Of a stretch of 41,584 nucleotides of DNA, positions 36,245 to 41,584 are shown one piece after another. This DNA is from an uncultured Clostridia bacterium (lineage in GTDB: Bacteria > Bacillota > Clostridia > Oscillospirales > Ruminococcaceae). The stretch lies in the NCBI GenBank assembly GCA_947584825.1, contig CANPWR010000001.1, positions 1 through 41,584 on the forward strand, read 5' to 3'. The notes beneath the pieces were generated by a model. The model did not search any database and was not told where the DNA came from. It worked only from the letters and a program-made list of their open reading frames with translations. How positions within the stretch are numbered: position 1 is the stretch's first letter; each line of letters opens with the position of its first letter. A program made the translations under genes and the position numbers.

Positions 36245-37327
36245 TTAGTTGTCACCCTCCTGCATTGCAAGCTTTGCAGCCTGATCTGCAGTAGCAAGAG
36301 CGTCAATTACCTCATCCATATTACCGTTGAGAAATTGCTCCAGTCTGTAAATTGTAAGTCCGATTCTGTGATCAGAAACTCTTCCCTCAGGAAAATTGTA
36401 AGTTCTTATCCTCTCTGACCGATCTCCTGTTCCGACCTGTGAACGTCTTACAGCGGCAATTTCATTTTCCTGAGCTCTTTGCTGTTCTTCGTATAGCTTT
36501 GAACGCAAAACTTTTAACGCTTTTTCCTTGTTTTTATGTTGGCTTCTTTCGTCCTGACATTCAACGACCAAACCTGTAGGAAGATAAGTTATTCTTACAG
36601 CCGATTCGGTTTTATTGATATGCTGTCCGCCTGCTCCTGATGCTCTGAAAACGTCTATTTTCAAATCAGTAGCTTCGTTTATTTCAAACTCGACATCATC
36701 AGCTTCCGGCAAAACAGCAACGGTTACAGTTGAAGTGTGAACCCTTCCCTGCGACTCAGTCTCGGGAACTCTCTGAACTCTGTGAACTCCGCTTTCATAC
36801 TTAAGACGTGAATATGATCCCTCGCCCTGAATACTGAATGAAACTTCCTTAAATCCGCCGAGCTCTGTTTCGTTTGCATTTATGACTTCAATGCTCCAGC
36901 CCTTACTTTCTGCATACATAGTATACATTCTGTAGAGTGAGTTTGCAAAAAGCGAAGCTTCTTCTCCTCCTGCTCCTCCGCGAATCTCAACAATTACATT
37001 TTTATCATCATTAGGGTCTTTAGGGAGCAACAGAATTTTAAGTTCTTCGGTAAGCGTTTCTTCCTGTTCCTTTGATTCTTCATACTGAAGCTGGACCATT
37101 TCTTTAAAATCCTTGTCAAGTCCGCCGGCATCAAGAAGCTCGACAGCCTCGTCAAATGAAGCCTTTGCCTTTTTATACTCTCTGAATTTTTCAATTATAG
37201 GGGTAATGCTTTTATACTCCTTCATAAGCGACGTATAAAGCTCCTGATCATTTACAACGTCAGGTTCCATAAGCTTGTTATTAATCTCTTCATATCTTTC
37301 CTCAAGCGCTTTTAGCTTTTCAAACAT
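36245..37327 (-). CDS. prfA: Peptide chain release factor 1
   Basis: 360 aa with an RF1-type PxT tripeptide (PET) and the GGQ motif ([19 protein letters not shown]). Confidence 0.97.
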   Translation of the reverse strand: MFEKLKALEERYEEINNKLMEPDVVNDQELYTSLMKEYKSITPIIEKFREYKKAKASFDEAVELLDAGGLDKDFKEMVQLQYEESKEQEETLTEELKILLLPKDPNDDKNVIVEIRGGAGGEEASLFANSLYRMYTMYAESKGWSIEVINANETELGGFKEVSFSIQGEGSYSRLKYESGVHRVQRVPETESQGRVHTSTVTVAVLPEADDVEFEINEATDLKIDVFRASGAGGQHINKTESAVRITYLPTGLVVECQDERSQHKNKEKALKVLRSKLYEEQQRAQENEIAAVRRSQVGTGDRSERIRTYNFPEGRVSDHRIGLTIYRLEQFLNGNMDEVIDALATADQAAKLAMQEGDN

Positions 37328-37374
37328 AAATATTCTCCTTATATTTTATTTAAATAGAAACTGTTCTGAAAGAG

Positions 37375-37572
37375 TTAGGTATCATCATCTCTGATAACTG
37401 ATTTTATATTTTTCTCAGCTTTGGAACGTGCCACCATAAATTCTCGTCCGCAGCCTATGCATCTAAGCTTGAAATCCATACCCGAGCGCAAAACAAGCAT
37501 TTTGTTTTCACCGCAGGGATGTTTCTTTTTCATAATCAAAATATCATTAATCCTTATATCCGTAAGAATCAC
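37375..37572 (-). CDS. DUF951 family small protein
   Basis: 65 aa with the characteristic MKKKHPCG...CIGCGREFMVARSKAEKNIK pattern (a two-CxxC-like Zn-ribbon). The GTG start is uncertain because its SD is only a GGAG abutting it. Confidence 0.7.
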   Translation of the reverse strand: MILTDIRINDILIMKKKHPCGENKMLVLRSGMDFKLRCIGCGREFMVARSKAEKNIKSVIRDDDT

Positions 37573-37651
37573 TCCAGAAAAAGATAATATTTAAATATAC
37601 ATATGCCTGTAATAATATCCGCATAACTAATATATATTTACTCAGAAAGTT

Positions 37652-37680
37652 AGTATATCATATTTTATAATAAAAAGCAA
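37652..37680 (-). promoter_or_regulatory. Candidate sigma-A promoter for the DUF951-prfA-tsaC-coaE-slt-aminopeptidase string
   Basis: The minus strand reads TTGCTT, a 17-nt spacer, then TATACT with an extended -10 TG (TGATATACT). It is about 75 nt upstream of the DUF951 start. Confidence 0.55.
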
Positions 37681-37887
37681 ATTAAAGAAATAATATTAAC
37701 AATGATTTTATGTTACGATCCGTTTTATATTATATAAGTCATAATTGAATTTAAGTTCTCATAGAATTATATATAAAACTTTCTATACGATATATTAAAG
37801 ATTATTGTCAGAAAAGTATAAAACAAACAGTTACTTTGTGCTTTTATATCATAAGAGCTCAATTACAAAGGAAGGAACGATAATTGT

Positions 37888-38808
37888 ATGAAAAACTATT
37901 TGCCTGAGGGAAAACTTATAAATTCAGCTGCTAACAAAAGCTATTTAAAATCAATCTCCTCTTTGAGCGAAGCCAAAGACTTAGGCATTATTCTGGAAGC
38001 AAAAGCATTGATGTGCGATTGTGAACACAATATTGTGGTAGATATTCCATGTGCAAAAGCAATAATTCCAAGAATAGAAGGTGCGATCGGCATTGAGACG
38101 GGCGAAACTAAGGATATTGCTCTGCTTTCGAGAGTAAATAAGCCTGTTTGCTTTAAGGTTACTGATATAGTTGTGAATAATGACGACGAAACGATAGTTA
38201 TGCTGTCAAGAAAAGCCGCACAAGAGGAGTGTATTGAAAACCATATCAACTATCTTAAAAGCGGAGATGTAATTCCTGCAAAAATTACTCATATTGAGCA
38301 ATTCGGCTGCTTTGTTGATATAGGCTGCGGTATCGCATCTCTTATTCCTATAGACGCTATTTCCGTATCGAGAATATCGCATCCATCAGACAGGTTTTAC
38401 AACGGTCAGGATATTTACGCTGTCGTTAAAGGCAGAGAAAATGATAGGATTTTTCTAACCCATAAAGAGCTTTTAGGCACATGGTCTGAAAATGCCGAAT
38501 TATTTGAGGTAGGTCAAACAGTTGGAGGCATTATCCGTTCAATTGAGGACTATGGGATTTTTATAGAGCTTACTCCTAATCTTGCCGGACTTGCCGAGCC
38601 AAAGGATAATGTACATATAGGTCAGTCAGCGAGTGTATTCATAAAGTCAATAATACCTGAAAAGATGAAGGTTAAGCTGATTATTGTAGACGTTTTCTCA
38701 GGCAGCGGGTTTGACAAGTCACTAAACTACTATATAACCGACGGTCACATTAACAAGTGGAACTACTCAACTGAGGAATGTCACAAGCAAATTTATACCG
38801 AGTTTTAA
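37888..38808 (+). CDS. S1 RNA-binding domain protein
   Basis: 306 aa with at least two S1/OB-type modules (GDVIPAKITHIEQFGCFVDIG...; GQTVGGIIRSIEDYGIFIELTPNLAGL). AAGGAAGGA SD upstream. Confidence 0.8.
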   Translation: MKNYLPEGKLINSAANKSYLKSISSLSEAKDLGIILEAKALMCDCEHNIVVDIPCAKAIIPRIEGAIGIETGETKDIALLSRVNKPVCFKVTDIVVNNDDETIVMLSRKAAQEECIENHINYLKSGDVIPAKITHIEQFGCFVDIGCGIASLIPIDAISVSRISHPSDRFYNGQDIYAVVKGRENDRIFLTHKELLGTWSENAELFEVGQTVGGIIRSIEDYGIFIELTPNLAGLAEPKDNVHIGQSASVFIKSIIPEKMKVKLIIVDVFSGSGFDKSLNYYITDGHINKWNYSTEECHKQIYTEF

Positions 38809-38810
38809 AT

Positions 38811-38850
38811 AAAAAGGCTAAGGAATTTATAACTCCTTAGCTTTATTTAT
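38811..38850. terminator. Bidirectional rho-independent terminator shared by the S1-domain gene (+) and rarA (-)
   Basis: GCTAAGGA/TCCTTAGC forms an 8-bp stem (38817-38841). It is flanked by AAAAA on the left and TTTATTTATT on the right, between convergent genes. Confidence 0.8.
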
Positions 38851-38876
38851 TATATTCAATTTGCCGATTAAAGAAA

Positions 38877-40142
38877 TTATTGTTCCTTAATTTTTTTCCT
38901 ATATTGCAATGCAGTCTGCTCCTGTTTATTATCTCCAAAATTATAATAAATTCTGTCCTTTAAGTTATCAGGAAGATACTGCTGCTCTACATAATGATTA
39001 GGAAAGTCGTGCGGATATTTATAGTTTTGACCTTTTATCTCTGCATCGTCACCGTCAAAATGCATATTCTGAAGCTGTCTCGGTATAGCGCCGACCATTC
39101 CCTTTTGAATATCGTCCATTGCTGTATTAATTGCCATATATGCACTGTTTGATTTTGGAGCAGTACACAAAAGAATGATAGCCTCAGCGATCGGTATTCT
39201 TGCCTCTGGAAGTCCAAGCTGAAGAGCGCTGTCAACACAAGCCTTTACAATAGCAACCGCCATTGGATAAGCAAGTCCTACATCCTCAGATGCAACTACA
39301 AGAAGACGTCTGCAAAGAGAGGTAAAATCCCCTGCTGTCATAAGTCTTGCCGCATAATGAAGTGCCGCATTTTCATCGCTTCCCCTGATAGACTTCTGAA
39401 AAGCAGACAAAATATCGTAATGCTCATCGCCGTCCCTGTCATATCGCATATTACTTTTTTGAGTAAGAAGCTTAGCGGTTTCAAGAGTAATATTTAAACT
39501 CTTATCGTTTTTGTCCGCCGATAAAACACAAAGCTCTACTGTATTAAGTGATTTTCTTACATCTCCGCCGCAGCCGGTGGAGATATAGTCAACAACTCCG
39601 CTTTCCAGTCTGAGCCTTACTCCCATCTCATCAGCAATTATCTGAAACGCACGCTTAACAGCAGGGATTACATCACTTGAACTCACCTGCTTAAATTCAA
39701 AAACCGTTGATCGGCTTATAATAGCGTTGAAAACGTAAAAATAAGGATTCTCAGTAGTAGACGCAATAAGCGTTATCTTTCCGTTTTCTATATATTCAAG
39801 TAAGGACTGTTGCTGCTTTTTATTAAGATACTGAATTTCATCTAAATATAACAGTATTCCGTTAAAGCCTTCAAAGGTCTCAGTTTCTGCAATAATTTCT
39901 TTAATGTCAGAAATTGAAGCAGAAGTACCATTCAGCTTATACATCTTTAAATTTGTATTGTCAGCAATTATTCTGGCAACTGTCGTCTTTCCTGTTCCGG
40001 AAGGACCATAGAAAATCATATTCGGTATCTGTCCGCTTTCGATTATTCTTCTAAGCGGCTTGTCTTTTCCCAGTAAATGAGATTGACCGACAACTTCATC
40101 AAGCGTTTTCGGTCTGATTCGATCTGCTAAAGGCTTGTTCAT
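38877..40142 (-). CDS. rarA: Replication-associated recombination protein A (RarA/MgsA AAA+ ATPase)
   Basis: 421 aa with Walker A GPSGTGKTT, Walker B LYLDEIQYL and a MgsA C-terminal domain (HYDILSAFQKSIRGSD). Confidence 0.93.
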   Translation of the reverse strand: MNKPLADRIRPKTLDEVVGQSHLLGKDKPLRRIIESGQIPNMIFYGPSGTGKTTVARIIADNTNLKMYKLNGTSASISDIKEIIAETETFEGFNGILLYLDEIQYLNKKQQQSLLEYIENGKITLIASTTENPYFYVFNAIISRSTVFEFKQVSSSDVIPAVKRAFQIIADEMGVRLRLESGVVDYISTGCGGDVRKSLNTVELCVLSADKNDKSLNITLETAKLLTQKSNMRYDRDGDEHYDILSAFQKSIRGSDENAALHYAARLMTAGDFTSLCRRLLVVASEDVGLAYPMAVAIVKACVDSALQLGLPEARIPIAEAIILLCTAPKSNSAYMAINTAMDDIQKGMVGAIPRQLQNMHFDGDDAEIKGQNYKYPHDFPNHYVEQQYLPDNLKDRIYYNFGDNKQEQTALQYRKKIKEQ

Positions 40143-40173
40143 TGTCAGTCAACTCCTAAAAATTATATTCAAA

Positions 40174-41418
40174 TTAATAAAGTGGATATTTCTTGCAAAG
40201 CTCATTTACCTTTTCTCTGATTTCATCTGCTTTGTTTTCAAAATCTGTTGCGGTAAGATAAATGCACTCTGCAATAACTTCCATATCATCTTCTTTAAGT
40301 CCCCTTGTTGTAACGGCAGGCGTTCCGACTCTTATACCGCTTGTAATAAACGGACTCTGCGGATCGTTTGGAATTGCGTTTTTATTTACAGTTATATATA
40401 CCTCATCAAGTCTGTTTTCCAATTCCTTACCGGTGATATTGAAAGGCTGTAAGTCTACAAGTGCAAGATGATTGTCAGTTCCGCCTGAAACAAGTCTGAA
40501 GCCTCTCTTAACAAGTCCCTCTGCCAGAGCTTTTGCATTTAAAACTACCTGATGCTGATACTCTTTAAACTCAGGCTTTAAAGCCTCGCCGAAGCATACT
40601 GCTTTACCTGCTATTACATGCTCTAACGGACCGCCTTGTGTTCCCGGGAAAATAGCTTTGTTAAACTTCTTTGCAAGCTCTTCGTCGTTTGTGAGAATAA
40701 GTCCGCCTCTCGGTCCTCTTAAGGTTTTATGAGTTGTTGTTGTAACGACATCTGCAAATGGCACAGGTGAAGGATGCTCTCCAGCGGCAACAAGACCGGC
40801 AATGTGAGCCATATCAACCATAAAATATGCTCCAACTGACTTTGCAATTTTGGAAATTCTCTCAAAATCAATAATTCTCGGATAAGCAGATGCACCGGCT
40901 ACAATTAACTTAGGCTGGCACTCTTTTGCTTGCCTTTCGATCTCATCATAGTTAATTCTCTCGTCATCTCCAAGCTCGTATGAAACAAAGTTAAAATACT
41001 TTCCGCTTAGATTTACAGGACTTCCGTGAGTTAAGTGTCCCCCGTGAGCAAGGCTCATACCCATAATTGTATCGCCCGGATTAACCAGTGCGAAATAAAC
41101 GGCAGTATTAGCCTGAGCGCCTGAGTGTGGCTGAACATTTGCAAACTTTGCATTGAAAAGCTTGCAGGCTCTGTCAATTGCAATATTTTCAACAACGTCA
41201 ACACATTGACATCCTCCGTAATATCTTTTTCCCGGATAACCCTCTGCATATTTATTTGTTAAAACGCTTCCCATTGCAGCCATAACAGGTCCAGAAACTA
41301 TATTTTCACTTGCAATTAGCTCAAGGTTTCTTCTCTGACGTGCAAGCTCGGCGTCCATAGCCTCTCCTACTTCTTTATCATACTTCTTTACATAACCTAT
41401 AGTATCCATCATTTCCAT
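40174..41418 (-). CDS. glyA: Serine hydroxymethyltransferase
   Basis: 414 aa with [23 protein letters not shown] and the PLP-Lys motif [14 protein letters not shown]. Confidence 0.97.
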   Translation of the reverse strand: MEMMDTIGYVKKYDKEVGEAMDAELARQRRNLELIASENIVSGPVMAAMGSVLTNKYAEGYPGKRYYGGCQCVDVVENIAIDRACKLFNAKFANVQPHSGAQANTAVYFALVNPGDTIMGMSLAHGGHLTHGSPVNLSGKYFNFVSYELGDDERINYDEIERQAKECQPKLIVAGASAYPRIIDFERISKIAKSVGAYFMVDMAHIAGLVAAGEHPSPVPFADVVTTTTHKTLRGPRGGLILTNDEELAKKFNKAIFPGTQGGPLEHVIAGKAVCFGEALKPEFKEYQHQVVLNAKALAEGLVKRGFRLVSGGTDNHLALVDLQPFNITGKELENRLDEVYITVNKNAIPNDPQSPFITSGIRVGTPAVTTRGLKEDDMEVIAECIYLTATDFENKADEIREKVNELCKKYPLY

Positions 41419-41450
41419 AGCATTTTACTCCTTTAAAATAATATACAGAT

Positions 41451-41479
41451 ATTATATACTATATTTCATTTTATTTCAA
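41451..41479 (-). promoter_or_regulatory. Near-consensus sigma-A promoter for glyA
   Basis: The minus strand reads TTGAAA, a 17-nt spacer, then TATAAT, about 30 nt upstream of the glyA ATG. An AAAGGAG SD follows. Confidence 0.7.
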
Positions 41480-41584
41480 GTTTTTTTATGTTATTTTTGT
41501 TTATTAGCTCTGCGTTGTAAATAGATGTGACCCATTTTTAATAAAAAATAAAGTAAAAAATATGATATAATGTTTTGCCATCCT

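Noticed and set aside
37573-37887. The AT-rich spacer as a possible dif site or oriC/DnaA-box cluster.
   Set aside because: I saw no TTATCCACA-type boxes and no match to the Firmicute dif core. Gene orientation does not switch globally here, as it would at the origin or terminus.
41512-41584. A plus-strand extended -10 (TGATATAAT, about 41562-41570) and a minus-strand 25-codon ORF (MAKHYIIFFTLFF...) at the right edge.
   Set aside because: The downstream or upstream context lies outside the window. The small ORF is hydrophobic and AT-driven, and its SD region is not visible. Neither can be evaluated.

Overview
This 41.6 kb window looks like ordinary core chromosome from a low-GC, endospore-forming Firmicute of the class Clostridia. 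The taxonomic call rests on spoIIGA-sigE-sigG, yunB, a split transketolase and hfq. About 40 intact housekeeping genes are present. All are on the minus strand except a dnaD-like/dnaI-like pair and one S1-domain gene.

Gene order on the minus strand, reading right to left:
- glyA, rarA
- DUF951-prfA-sua5/tsaC-coaE-slt-M18 aminopeptidase
- spoIIGA-sigE, hsp20, sigG
- T-box-tyrS
- miaB-ymcA-like-mutS-mutL-miaA-hfq
- HlyD-like-ylmE-sepF-ylmH-divIVA-ileS
- lspA-rluD-HAD-tktN-tktC
- yunB
- ligA-gatC-gatA-gatB

Regulatory elements readable by eye:
- a Tyr-specific T-box leader (specifier UAC)
- a near-perfect CIRCE operator
- a spoIIG-type promoter with a Spo0A box
- several near-consensus sigma-A promoters
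- several rho-independent terminators

I see no CRISPR array, no rRNA or tRNA genes, and no transposase, integrase, toxin-antitoxin or recognisable defence genes. I found no convincing novel multi-gene system.

The one locus the gene map does not explain is the 378-nt spacer between the convergent dnaI-like and tyrS genes. Their shared terminator hairpin is duplicated there (27/27 nt identical) around a GC-enriched, non-coding insert of about 311 nt. The insert consists largely of eight back-to-back hairpins with perfect or near-perfect stems. It is a candidate small non-autonomous element or structured RNA.

Secondary curiosities:
- an hsp20 gene with a CIRCE operator wedged between sigE and sigG
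- a Cys-rich tail on the YmcA/YlbF-family protein
- an orphan HlyD-like membrane protein in the division cluster
- ileS with no room for a T-box leader

All family calls come from motif and synteny recognition by eye. No database search was run.
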